Part shown: positions 1-9,778 of the stretch, one piece after another
Position numbering within the stretch: position 1 is the stretch's first letter
Layout: the number at the start of each line of letters is the position of its first letter
IMG/VR virus record: IMGVR_UViG_3300032240_000787
Location: 1 to 53,919 of that record
DNA length: 53,919 bases
Direction: 5' to 3' (one strand)
DNA from: a virus
Lineage: Duplodnaviria > Caudoviricetes
Program-made: the position numbers and the translations under genes
The notes under the pieces: model-generated
Seen by the model: the letters and a program-made list of their open reading frames with translations, nothing else
What the model was told of the DNA's origin: nothing
The model's database searches: none

Positions 1-836
1 CATCTGCCTTGGCTGGGGCTGGTCTGTTGGCAAGCGGCCTGACCCTCAACCAAGCGCTGAACATTACGGCCTACACGGTCAGCCAGACATTGACCTCTGC
101 GGCCCGGGCGCAGTTCAACGTGTGGAACGGTGGAGTCGGCTCATTTACCCTGCCGTCTGCGGCATCAGTTGGAAACAACTGGTTCACCATTTTCCGCAAC
201 AACGGATCTGGCATATTGACGCTCACGCCAATCGGCACTGACACCATTGATGGCAATGCAAATCAGCAACTGCAGTTGACCGAATCGCTGGTGCTGGTAT
301 CGAATGGATCATCCGGCTACAACTCGTATGCCTATGGCCGCTCCAACCAGTTCGCCTTCACGCAGTTGACCCAAACAGTCACCGGCGGCACATTGACTCT
401 CACGTCTGCCCAAGGCTCCAACATCATTCAGGAGTACTTTGGCACGCTGACATCCAACCAGATCGTCATCTTGCCCTCGACTGTGCAGTTGTATTCCTTG
501 CAGAATGCAACGACTGGTGCATACACAATGACGTTCAAAACGTCCGCAGTTGGCGGCTCAACTGTGGTTGTTGGCCAAGGCCAGACCGCATTTGTGGTGT
601 GTGACGGCACCAATGTGTACAGCACGACATCAAGTTCTGTTCTGGCACCAACGACTCTGACTCTTTCACCGGGTTCTGTGAGTACGCCGTCGATTAACTT
701 CACCGGCAGTACCAGCACCGGCATGTATCTGCCAGCGTCCAATCAGCTTGGTCTCGCCATCAACGGCGTTCAGCAATTCCTTTTGACGTCCAGTGGCCTG
801 ACGGTGGCAAGTGGCATCTCTGGGGGCACGTTCTAA
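1..836 (+). CDS. C-terminal part of a virion/tail structural protein (N-terminal part at 53559-53919)
   Basis: Frame open from base 3; T/S/G-rich beta-type sequence ending ISGGTF; TAATG overlap with next gene; joins in frame with the open ORF at the window end. Confidence 0.75.
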   Translation, partial: SALAGAGLLASGLTLNQALNITAYTVSQTLTSAARAQFNVWNGGVGSFTLPSAASVGNNWFTIFRNNGSGILTLTPIGTDTIDGNANQQLQLTESLVLVSNGSSGYNSYAYGRSNQFAFTQLTQTVTGGTLTLTSAQGSNIIQEYFGTLTSNQIVILPSTVQLYSLQNATTGAYTMTFKTSAVGGSTVVVGQGQTAFVVCDGTNVYSTTSSSVLAPTTLTLSPGSVSTPSINFTGSTSTGMYLPASNQLGLAINGVQQFLLTSSGLTVASGISGGTF

Positions 837-3079
837 TGACAGCGAAGGTCATCCAGCTACAGGTTTTACCGGGCATCCAGCGTGATGGAACGCAGTTTGC
901 GGCCCCAACCTATGTGGATGGGGAGTGGGTGCGCTTTCAAAACAAACTGCCACGCAAAATAGGCGGTTACAAGGGCATCTTTTTGAATGCCAGCGGCATC
1001 TCTCGCGGCATGACCATGACCTCTGTCAACGGCCTGAACTACGTGGTTTCGGGCTATAGCCTTGGCCTTGAGCAGTGGTACACCGACAACGACGATGGCG
1101 TGGGCTACGGCCCGGTTTCGTATACGATTCTTGGCGGCGTGGTCACACTGCAGATCGTCAACAACGGTGGCGGCTCATATGTCTCTGGCACCTACACCGG
1201 TGTCACGCTGACCGGCGGCACGGGGTCTGGCGCGAAGGCGACTATCGTCATTACATCAGGCTCAATCACCAGCGCAACGATCACAACTGCAGGCACTGGG
1301 TATCAGGTCGGCGACTTGCTCAGTGCGTCTGCGGCGTCTCTTGGCGGTCTGGGCAGTGGCTTGTCCTTGCTGGTGTTGCAGAACACCATATGGACTGGCG
1401 GAAGCAGCACCCTCTGGCAGTTTGACATCGGTTATGACTCAACCGGCGGCTCGACCAACAACTTGGTGGCCCACCCCGGGCAGAACCTGACTGCCATCGA
1501 CTCAACGGTAAATTCACGCCCCCTGTATGGCGCTTTCCCGGGCACGTCCCTAACCCCGGTGGGCATCTTTACGCTCACTAGTTGCTACCTGAACGGGAGC
1601 ACCATTGCCATCAACGGCACCAACTACCTGATCGGCATTGGCCAGACCGTGTCCGGCACCGGCATCACGGCAGGAACCACTGTCACGGCTTCTTCGGTGA
1701 GCGTCGGAGCGGTGTTCTTGGGCTATATGTCTGGCACCACATTGACTGTCACGGCGGTCACCTCAGGGGTGCTGGTGGTCGGCCAGACCATCACAGGTGC
1801 ATCTGGGGTCACTGTGACCGCAGGAACGACCATTACAGCCCGGGGAACTGGCACGGGCGGGGTAGGCACCTACACCATCAACAACTCGCAGACAGTGGGC
1901 GGTACGACCAACCTGTTGCAGTTTGGCGGCAGTGGCACCACCTTGGTCACAACATCGGCCTCCATGACCACCGGCACGGTCGATGTCAGCTTTGACAACA
2001 ACATCAGCGTGTCTGGCGGCGTGGTGATGCTCCACCCGTACCTGTTCGTGTATGGCAACAACGGCCTGATCCAAAACTGCGCCGCTGGCAACTTCAACGA
2101 CTGGGTGTCGTCGGACGCCAACGCCAACAACTTGTCCACAGGCAAGATCGTCAAAGGCCTGCCTGTGCGAGGCGGCACGACCTCTCCCGCCGGTCTGTTC
2201 TGGTCGTTGGATTCCATCGTCCGAGTGACCTACACCCCGTCCACAGTCAATGGACTGAACTTCTATTGGAAGTACGACCTGATCACCAGCCAGTCGTCGA
2301 TCATGTCGTCGTCGTGCGTCATTGAGTACGACGGCATCTTCTACTGGATTGGCTCCGACCGATTCCTGTCGTACAACGGCGTGGTGCAGGAAATCCCAAA
2401 CAACCTGAACCAGAACTACTTTTTCGACAACCTGAACTATGCCCAGCGCCAAAAGGTCTGGGTAACAAAGGTTCCTCGATGGGGCGAGATCTGGTGGTTT
2501 TACCCCAAGGGAGACGCCACTGAATGCACGGACGCCATCATCTACAACGTGCGCGACAAGACATGGTACGACGCCGGAGAAGCCCCCGGAGCGCGTCGTT
2601 CTGCCGGGACGTTCTCCGAGGTGTTCCGCAAGCCTATCTGGGGCGGCAACGTGGCCAACACGACCGGCAAGTACACCCTCTGGCAACACGAGTCTGGCAC
2701 GGACGAGGTGTACACCACCAACGTCAACGCCATCCGTTCCTCGTTTGAGACTAACAACTTGGGCTGGGTCACTGGTGGCCCGGGAAACCCGCAACTGTCT
2801 GGCGACAACCGCTGGTTGCGTCTGGAGCGCGTCGAACCCGATTTTGTGCAGAGCGGCGACATGAACATGTACGTGACCGGCCAAGGCTATGCCGATGGCG
2901 AGGTGCAGACATCAGCGCCCTATGTGTTTTCGCCCACAACCCTTAAAATTGACCTGCGTGAGCAGCGCCGCTTGTTGCGTTTGAAGTTTGAGTCAAACAC
3001 ATACAACGGCGACTACTACATGGGAAAGATCCTGCTGAGTGCAGAGATTGGCGACGAACGCTCCACAGGCAATCCGTAA
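836..3079 (+). CDS. Tail tubular protein B / nozzle-like (P22 gp10-like) protein with inserted G/T-rich beta modules
   Basis: 747 aa; N-terminal [15 protein letters not shown], beta-propeller-like C-terminal half (EIWWFYP..IIYN..WY); lies just before the ejection genes. Confidence 0.65.
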   Translation: MTAKVIQLQVLPGIQRDGTQFAAPTYVDGEWVRFQNKLPRKIGGYKGIFLNASGISRGMTMTSVNGLNYVVSGYSLGLEQWYTDNDDGVGYGPVSYTILGGVVTLQIVNNGGGSYVSGTYTGVTLTGGTGSGAKATIVITSGSITSATITTAGTGYQVGDLLSASAASLGGLGSGLSLLVLQNTIWTGGSSTLWQFDIGYDSTGGSTNNLVAHPGQNLTAIDSTVNSRPLYGAFPGTSLTPVGIFTLTSCYLNGSTIAINGTNYLIGIGQTVSGTGITAGTTVTASSVSVGAVFLGYMSGTTLTVTAVTSGVLVVGQTITGASGVTVTAGTTITARGTGTGGVGTYTINNSQTVGGTTNLLQFGGSGTTLVTTSASMTTGTVDVSFDNNISVSGGVVMLHPYLFVYGNNGLIQNCAAGNFNDWVSSDANANNLSTGKIVKGLPVRGGTTSPAGLFWSLDSIVRVTYTPSTVNGLNFYWKYDLITSQSSIMSSSCVIEYDGIFYWIGSDRFLSYNGVVQEIPNNLNQNYFFDNLNYAQRQKVWVTKVPRWGEIWWFYPKGDATECTDAIIYNVRDKTWYDAGEAPGARRSAGTFSEVFRKPIWGGNVANTTGKYTLWQHESGTDEVYTTNVNAIRSSFETNNLGWVTGGPGNPQLSGDNRWLRLERVEPDFVQSGDMNMYVTGQGYADGEVQTSAPYVFSPTTLKIDLREQRRLLRLKFESNTYNGDYYMGKILLSAEIGDERSTGNP

Positions 3080-3618
3080 TGATCCCAAAAACAGGAAAAG
3101 AAGCTCGTGCGCTAGGCGTTCCTCGCTATTTCACGGGGATTGCTTGCAAGCGAGGCCATCTATCGGAACGATATGCCGATGGCGGGCACTGTGTGGAGTG
3201 TGACAATCAAAGATTGCGCCCGGAAGGTCAGCACAAGCAAGCCACAAAACGGTATTACGATGCCAACAAAGAAAAGTGCTTTGCTGCAACAAAAGTCTGG
3301 AAAGAAAAATCCGGCATGGGCTACGAGTACACAAAACGCTCTAGAGCAAAAAATCCCAGTTTGATGCATTTTGCAAATGCAAAAAGACATGCGGCCAAGA
3401 TGAATCGAACGCCCGCATGGCTAAATGCCGGGCATTGGCTGGAGATAGAAAGCGTTTACAAGTATTGTTCCGCATTGAGAGTTGTGGGGTTAGACTACGA
3501 AGTCGATCACATAATTCCATTGCAAGGAAAGTTGGTTTCAGGCCTTCATGCGCCATGGAATCTTCAGGTATTGCCTGCCTCTGAAAACGCATCCAAGGGA
3601 AATCGAGTATGGCAATAA
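3079..3618 (+). CDS. Free-standing HNH homing endonuclease
   Basis: C-terminal EVDHIIPL..GLH..WNLQVL..EN..K.N HNH motif; N-terminal CKRGH..CVEC Zn-binding segment; AT-richer than flanks; overlaps both neighbours. Confidence 0.85.
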   Translation: MIPKTGKEARALGVPRYFTGIACKRGHLSERYADGGHCVECDNQRLRPEGQHKQATKRYYDANKEKCFAATKVWKEKSGMGYEYTKRSRAKNPSLMHFANAKRHAAKMNRTPAWLNAGHWLEIESVYKYCSALRVVGLDYEVDHIIPLQGKLVSGLHAPWNLQVLPASENASKGNRVWQ

Positions 3619-3845
3619 CATACGATCCTCGCAACATGGAATGGGACTTCTACTGCAGTCTGATGGCAGAGTTGTTCTCAGGAAACCAGATCGGTACAGT
3701 GCCCGAGGATCAGTGGCGCGAGTGGGTGGATGGCATCAACGGCATCGGGTTCTTTGTGCAGTCTGCTATCCCCGACCAGCGCACATGCGAGACATGGCAG
3801 GAGTGGGCCGAGCAGATGGTTGGCATTATGTCGATTGTGGCTTAA
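3609..3845 (+). CDS. Small Trp-rich virion-module protein
   Basis: 78 aa ORF in operon context. Confidence 0.7.
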   Translation: MAITYDPRNMEWDFYCSLMAELFSGNQIGTVPEDQWREWVDGINGIGFFVQSAIPDQRTCETWQEWAEQMVGIMSIVA

Positions 3846-3848
3846 AAA

Positions 3849-6800
3849 ATGGCATCTACTGATACAACCACATATGACCTTTCTTGGATCAATAATGGTC
3901 GAGGGTTGTGGAAAAACCCATACACAGGTGAGGTGGTATGGAACGGTTCAACTCCGCCATCAGAAGCGCTTGTTAAGCCTTCATACTCTTCAGTTGCAGA
4001 TCAAATCATGGCCCAAGGTCTTTCTGGCCAATGGCAAGGTCAGGGGTTTGGCTCGGCGTATGGAAATGCCATGGACATGGCAAAGATTCTTTCTGGAATC
4101 GGCATTACTGACATCAAGCAATTTGGAGAGATTCCAACATACACGCCTGTTCAAATGCGGTATGTGTACCAAGGAGAAACAGCAAAACAAAACCCCGATG
4201 GCACGTTTTCTGTAGATATTCCTGTAAACCCAGATTCAGATTATCCAAGCTATCAAACTGTTACCGTTCCAGCAAATGCAGTCACAAAACAATATGGAAC
4301 AACCCAGACTTCTGGGAATTACGATGCGTTTGTCAGTGAATTTGTTCCTGTAGACCCTTCAAAAGTCACCACTCAAAATGGGCAACTTGTTGCGCAAACA
4401 GGCACAACCTATGGGAACAAAGAAACAGGGCAGGTTGTCCCCAACACCTACAGCGAACGCCAGACTGGCAATGCTTGGGGTGGGACTTATGCTGGCGAAG
4501 GTAGCACTGGATACCGAGTCCAATTTGGCCCGGACGGCACGCCTTATTTTTATACCACGTATCAAGACACCAGTGACAAGGCAGATTTGCTTCCTCTTTT
4601 GGCGGTTGCTGGCGCGGCACTGACTGGTGGCACAAGTCTTGGTTTGCTTGGCGCAGAAGGCGCAATTGATGCAGGGGCAGGATTTTTACCAATTGGTGGA
4701 ACTGCTGGGACTGCACTTACACCTGCAGCAATTGAATCGGGACTTGGGACTGCGGGTTATGGAGTTAGTCAAGGCGCACTTGCATCCGGTCTTTTTGACG
4801 CATCAACAATAGGCGCGGGTGCTGGCGCTGCTGCTGGCGTGGGTGCTCTTGATGCGGCAGGCGCAGGGGCGGCAGGTACAGGAACTGCAAGCGCAGGGGC
4901 CGCGACAGGGTCTAGCGCTGCGGCAGGCTCCGGCGTAGTGGGTACATCTGGCCAATCATTGGCCATGAAGATTGGTACATCGCTGGGCTTCAGTGATCCT
5001 CTCGCGGCTAGGGTGGCTGGTAATGCTCTGTTGCAAGGCTCATTGTCTTCGGCCATGGGCGGCAACTTCGTCACCGGCGCAATCACGGGCGGCATCATGG
5101 GCGGGTTCCCTGCCCAGCAACTTGGCTCCATGGTCACTGATGGTCTGGCAAAAGTAGGTATTGACCTGCCTGTTGGCCAACTGGAACAAAAAGCTATTGG
5201 CAATGCCATCTATGGGACATTGCTCAATGGCGGTGATGTGAGCAAAGGCATCACCAACGCCATCGCAATGTATGGCGGCGAGAAGGTGGCTTACTCCGAC
5301 ACGGTGAACAACTGGCTCAAAAACAGTGACATCACCGGCGCGGCAGCATCCGCAATTCGCGGCGGCTTGGCCGGGGGCATTACTGCCGGGATCAAGGGCC
5401 AAGACATTCTGACGGGCACGGTCTCTGGTGCTGGTGCGTCTGCCGTGGCCACATTGGCCAAAGACTATTTGGTGTCGAAGGACATGGATCCGGCCAAGGC
5501 GGAGTCCCTGTCAAAGTCAGCCGCCGCATTTGCAGCGGCCAAACTGTCTGGCCAATCTGACCAAAATGCCTACATCGCCGCTGTTCTAGCTGGTGGTTCT
5601 GCGGCCAATGCACAGCAGGCCGTCAGCGACATCAACAAAATTTCCATAGCCAAACTTGGTGATCAAGCTGTCATTCAGTCCAGCCTCAGTGCTGATGCCC
5701 TGCAAAAGCAACTTGAGGCGGCTCCGATTGAAGAGAATGCCGCTCCGACACTCAACACCGGGACGGGCACAGATGTACCCCCTCCCGGAGGATTGCCAGA
5801 GGTTGTAGGCAGTTCTGGCTCGTCGTCAGGTTCTTCGGCGGGTTCCTCGACTTCAGAGTCGCCATTGTCAACTGCTGACACCACAAAATCAGCAGATGCG
5901 ACAACCGGCAAGTCTGGCTATTACGACGAAGTCACTGGCAAGTTCATTGAATCCCCTCTTGGCGGTCTACCGGCACCATTGACAAATGAGACATCTGGCA
6001 CTGGCACCGTTGGCGATTACACCAATGTGCAGAAGTTTGATGACGGAAGCACGATCATCACCGACAAAGATGGCAACATCATCGGGTCTACTCCTGCCAC
6101 AATTCAGATCAACGATACCGGCGCAAAGGTTGAGGCGTCTGCTGGTGCCGCGCCTGTTACAGCAGGGTCTCAGCCGCCACCTCCACCAGTAACCCCAGCG
6201 GCGGCAAAACCGCCTGCAACTCCGTCTGGCGGTCTCCCAACGACATCTGGCGGCGGGTACAAAGACCCAACATTCACCGTCACCCCGCAGTTTCTTGCGG
6301 CGGCACCTGTGACTGGGTCTCAATCACAAGAAGGGCAGGAAAAATTGCACCAACTATTCTCATCCCTTACCCCTGCCTTGGCTGCGGTCATGGCAGAGCG
6401 CGGCTTTGCCCCCAATCAACAACCGCAACAGATCAAGACGCCCAGCTTTGAAGAGCAAGCGGCCATGTACGGCTACAGGCCTGATGCACCCGAGTTTTTT
6501 GCTGGCGGCGGCGGAGTTTCAACTGGTCAAAAACTTTTTGATGAGACGCAGAATTTGATGAACAGCATGGCTCCAAAATTCACCGTAAAACCGGGAATGT
6601 TGGAGGCTGCTCCAGTGCAAGAAATGAAGTCCCGCCTGTCGGGCCTCACACACCTTGCACAAGGCCCACTGAAGGCCGCAAAGCCCCTTGGAGGGCTTGC
6701 CCATGGTGGACTGCCAGACAAGTACTCTGAGGCCGCTCCAAGGGGCCATAAGCCCGAATTCATCACCGGCCTGACTGGGTACTATGCTCAGGGCGACGGC

Positions 6801-7175
6801 ACCGGCCAGTCTGACGACATCCCCGCCATGCTCCATGATGGCGACTATGTGATGGATGCCGAGGCTGTTTCCGCCCTTGGGGATGGCTCCAGCAACGCTG
6901 GGGCGCAGGCTTTGGCCAAGTTCCAGCACGCCGTCCCTCACCGCGATGGTGGGCCGGTCTATGGACGCCCTGTCGCGGCCAAGATCGCTGATGGCGAGTA
7001 CGTGTTCCCGGAAGCATTTGTCACAGCGCTCGGGGGCGGCGACAATAGGCGTGGGTCACACATGCTTGACGCTATGCGCGAAGAGTTGCGGGAGCACAAA
7101 AGATCCGCTCCCAACAGTAAAATTCCTCCAAAGGCGAAAAGTCCTCTTGACTACCTCAGGATGGCGAAAGGTTAA
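3849..7175 (+). CDS. Large internal virion / DNA-ejection protein; C-terminal G(D)GTGQSDDIPAML-x-DGDYV domain
   Basis: 1108 aa; Ala/Gly-rich hydrophobic helices, Pro/Ser linker, C-terminal domain resembling tape-measure C-terminal segments; position after nozzle gene. Confidence 0.6.
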   Translation: MASTDTTTYDLSWINNGRGLWKNPYTGEVVWNGSTPPSEALVKPSYSSVADQIMAQGLSGQWQGQGFGSAYGNAMDMAKILSGIGITDIKQFGEIPTYTPVQMRYVYQGETAKQNPDGTFSVDIPVNPDSDYPSYQTVTVPANAVTKQYGTTQTSGNYDAFVSEFVPVDPSKVTTQNGQLVAQTGTTYGNKETGQVVPNTYSERQTGNAWGGTYAGEGSTGYRVQFGPDGTPYFYTTYQDTSDKADLLPLLAVAGAALTGGTSLGLLGAEGAIDAGAGFLPIGGTAGTALTPAAIESGLGTAGYGVSQGALASGLFDASTIGAGAGAAAGVGALDAAGAGAAGTGTASAGAATGSSAAAGSGVVGTSGQSLAMKIGTSLGFSDPLAARVAGNALLQGSLSSAMGGNFVTGAITGGIMGGFPAQQLGSMVTDGLAKVGIDLPVGQLEQKAIGNAIYGTLLNGGDVSKGITNAIAMYGGEKVAYSDTVNNWLKNSDITGAAASAIRGGLAGGITAGIKGQDILTGTVSGAGASAVATLAKDYLVSKDMDPAKAESLSKSAAAFAAAKLSGQSDQNAYIAAVLAGGSAANAQQAVSDINKISIAKLGDQAVIQSSLSADALQKQLEAAPIEENAAPTLNTGTGTDVPPPGGLPEVVGSSGSSSGSSAGSSTSESPLSTADTTKSADATTGKSGYYDEVTGKFIESPLGGLPAPLTNETSGTGTVGDYTNVQKFDDGSTIITDKDGNIIGSTPATIQINDTGAKVEASAGAAPVTAGSQPPPPPVTPAAAKPPATPSGGLPTTSGGGYKDPTFTVTPQFLAAAPVTGSQSQEGQEKLHQLFSSLTPALAAVMAERGFAPNQQPQQIKTPSFEEQAAMYGYRPDAPEFFAGGGGVSTGQKLFDETQNLMNSMAPKFTVKPGMLEAAPVQEMKSRLSGLTHLAQGPLKAAKPLGGLAHGGLPDKYSEAAPRGHKPEFITGLTGYYAQGDGTGQSDDIPAMLHDGDYVMDAEAVSALGDGSSNAGAQALAKFQHAVPHRDGGPVYGRPVAAKIADGEYVFPEAFVTALGGGDNRRGSHMLDAMREELREHKRSAPNSKIPPKAKSPLDYLRMAKG

Positions 7176-7178
7176 AAA

Positions 7179-8240
7179 ATGGCAAACCTCCTGCAAAGTT
7201 CAGAAAGTTCGGCAACAAAAGCGCCGGATTACTACAACACGTACCTAAGCGACCTTGCGACAAAGGGCGCTACGGCGGCGGGTAATGCCCAGTACATTGG
7301 TGCGCAACCACTCCAGCAACAGGCATTTGACCAAGTGGCTGGTGCGGCTTCTGCCTACAAGCCTACGCTGGAGTCCGCAGGGAACACCCTGCAGTCGGCG
7401 GCAGACTACACAAGCCCCCTGAGCGCGGCTCAAAGCTACCTGCAGTCGGCTGAAATGAACCCGGCGCAACGGGCATCTGGCTACATGAGTCCATATGTGG
7501 CCAACGTGGTCAATGCCATCGGTGATGCTGGCCAGCGCAACATCATGCAGAACTTGGCACCGCAGGCCACCGCAGGCGCTGTCGGATCTGGCCAGTTTGG
7601 CTCCAAGCGTGGTGCCGAGGTTCTTGGCCAGACCATTGCCAATGCCAACAAGGACATCCAGAACCAGCAGTACCAAGCCCTGAACAGCGGCTACAGCGAT
7701 GCCTTAAAGACCGCCATGGCGCAGAACCAACTGGAAAGCCAGTTGGGTAGCACTGCAGGCCAGCTTGAGTCCTATGGCCAGCAGAACCTCACAACTGCAG
7801 GCAAGGCCTTGTCCGATTTGGCATCGACCAACCAGAACCTGAGTCTGGCCGACATCAATGCCCTTTCCACTTTGGGTGGCCAGCAACAGACCATCCTGCA
7901 GAATCAACAGAACTACCCTCTGACCAACCTGTCCACATTGGCTGGCATGCTTCGTGGCTACAACGTGCCAACCACAACCACGAAGACCGCAACAGGCTCT
8001 CCGCTGTCAGCGCTGGCCACCATGGGTTCTATTGGTAATGCCGTTACCAACGGCGCTCTGGGAACTTTGTTGGGCGCAAAATTGACTGATTATTTCAATG
8101 GAACTGGCGGCAATACAGACACGACTTCCACTGGAAACACATATGGCAATGCTTCAAACGCTTGGGTGCAAGATCAATCGACTCAGATGCCCAGTTTGAA
8201 TCCCGCTAACATTGATCCTAATGCAGGTTGGAGTATCTAA
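7179..8240 (+). CDS. Internal virion / DNA-transfer (pilot) protein
   Basis: 353 aa Q/A/N-rich helical; GQFGSKR motif typical of podovirus ejection proteins; ejection-cluster position. Confidence 0.65.
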   Translation: MANLLQSSESSATKAPDYYNTYLSDLATKGATAAGNAQYIGAQPLQQQAFDQVAGAASAYKPTLESAGNTLQSAADYTSPLSAAQSYLQSAEMNPAQRASGYMSPYVANVVNAIGDAGQRNIMQNLAPQATAGAVGSGQFGSKRGAEVLGQTIANANKDIQNQQYQALNSGYSDALKTAMAQNQLESQLGSTAGQLESYGQQNLTTAGKALSDLASTNQNLSLADINALSTLGGQQQTILQNQQNYPLTNLSTLAGMLRGYNVPTTTTKTATGSPLSALATMGSIGNAVTNGALGTLLGAKLTDYFNGTGGNTDTTSTGNTYGNASNAWVQDQSTQMPSLNPANIDPNAGWSI

Positions 8241-8242
8241 TC

Positions 8243-9769
8243 ATGTTCGGAACAAAATCACCACTGTCTACATCTGGCCCTCCCGAATTGGATGTCAAGC
8301 CTGTAAACATCATTGGACAGATTAACCCTGCCGGTCAGGAAGAGCCTGAAATCAGAGATGCACAGCAGGCTGCTCTTGAAGCCCAATTGAAGTACGCCAA
8401 GTCGCTTGAAGAGCGCTATGCCCAGCCTAATTGGTACAGAATTGCTGCGGCCTTTGCAAAACCACAGCTTGGTGGCTTCATAGCGTCGCTTGGCTCTGCG
8501 GCAGATGTGGCTGGTGAAAATCTTGAAATGCAACGTGCAGTTGCTCCGACCATTGAAAGAATGCGTGCTGAAGTTGCCGCTGGTCAGGCTGGCCTGTCTC
8601 AACGCAACCTGCAAGAACGTCTTTCAAAAGAACTTGATTCTGAAGGATGGAAAGATCCTGTCAAGATGATGAGGGCATATCGCCTTGATCCGAAATCTGC
8701 AATTGGTGAAGCAATTGCAAAAAATCCAGCATTCCAACAAGAGCGACGAGCCGAAACTGGGTTCAATATTGGGCTGCAAGAAAAATTCTTGGACAAGCCT
8801 GCATTGATTACAGAGGATCCCGTTTACAAAAACATTTCCCCAACGCAAAAAGATAAAGAAGAGCATTTGAGAAATTTAAATGCTGTTGTGCCTCCCGGGG
8901 TAGATCCTAAGGCGTGGGCAACAATGCCCTACACAGATCGCCTTAATGCCGTTGCAAAATTCCAAGATGAAAAAGCAAAACAAGGCTTGTCAGAAGGAAC
9001 AGCATTTGGCATTGATGCTGAACGCGCACACAATGTCATTGACCAGCTTGCAGATCTTCGGCAGTTGGCTGCTGACAAGTCTTTGGAACCGGTGTTCTCA
9101 TTGGCGAAAAATGGCGACATCTTCTCCATGGTACGCGCTTACATGAACAAGAACCCGGGCAGTCCAAACGATGCAATTGAAGGTCTCGTTGAGGCCGCAA
9201 TGAAGAATGTCCAGAACCCCGACAATGCCACACGGGCAAAAGTTGATAAGTTGGTCAAGGGCATTTATTCACTTGAAATGCGCTTGCGCGGCTCCACCAT
9301 CAACCCAACAGATGCGGCATCTGCTTTGGTCGAAGCTGCCTCTCCGAGTCTTTCAAACTCCAAAGGAGGCTTCATTGGCATTTTGGATCAATTGGCCCTC
9401 AATGCAAGCCGCGATATTGGAAAAGCAAAGCTGTATCACCAATTGCGGGAAAAAGGACTTGTTTCTGGGCAGGCCGCATTCAATGACGCCATGGAAGGTT
9501 ATAGAAGTCAGATGCGGGATTTGTCTCGCCAGTACGCCACACAATACCCTTCGGAAAGTTTCCCTGAATGGTATGGCTTGCGCGGCAAGTCAGAAAAGAA
9601 AAATCCGCCAAATGCAGCGCCTGCACAGCAACCCTCCGCACGTCCAGCGTCTCAATCAAATGCGTCTAGTTCTCCGCCGGTTGTCATAGGTGATGACGAC
9701 CCAAAATATAAAGCACTGAGCGCTGGCCAGCAATACATTTACAACGGCATGGTGCGAACCAAAAAGTAA
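8243..9769 (+). CDS. Internal virion / ejection protein
   Basis: 508 aa from ATG 8243; helical, charged; lies between ejection genes. Confidence 0.55.
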   Translation: MFGTKSPLSTSGPPELDVKPVNIIGQINPAGQEEPEIRDAQQAALEAQLKYAKSLEERYAQPNWYRIAAAFAKPQLGGFIASLGSAADVAGENLEMQRAVAPTIERMRAEVAAGQAGLSQRNLQERLSKELDSEGWKDPVKMMRAYRLDPKSAIGEAIAKNPAFQQERRAETGFNIGLQEKFLDKPALITEDPVYKNISPTQKDKEEHLRNLNAVVPPGVDPKAWATMPYTDRLNAVAKFQDEKAKQGLSEGTAFGIDAERAHNVIDQLADLRQLAADKSLEPVFSLAKNGDIFSMVRAYMNKNPGSPNDAIEGLVEAAMKNVQNPDNATRAKVDKLVKGIYSLEMRLRGSTINPTDAASALVEAASPSLSNSKGGFIGILDQLALNASRDIGKAKLYHQLREKGLVSGQAAFNDAMEGYRSQMRDLSRQYATQYPSESFPEWYGLRGKSEKKNPPNAAPAQQPSARPASQSNASSSPPVVIGDDDPKYKALSAGQQYIYNGMVRTKK

Positions 9770-9778
9770 GGATCAATC

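Noticed and set aside
1763-2884. Long antisense ORFs (also 15464-16474, 35754-36926, 39889-40803)
   Set aside because: Mirror frames of codon-biased genes on the + strand; no RBS or recognisable motifs.
3172-3186. YADGG inside the HNH endonuclease
   Set aside because: Lies within the Zn-binding segment between Cys/His ligands; probably chance, and a reminder that single GG hits are weak evidence.
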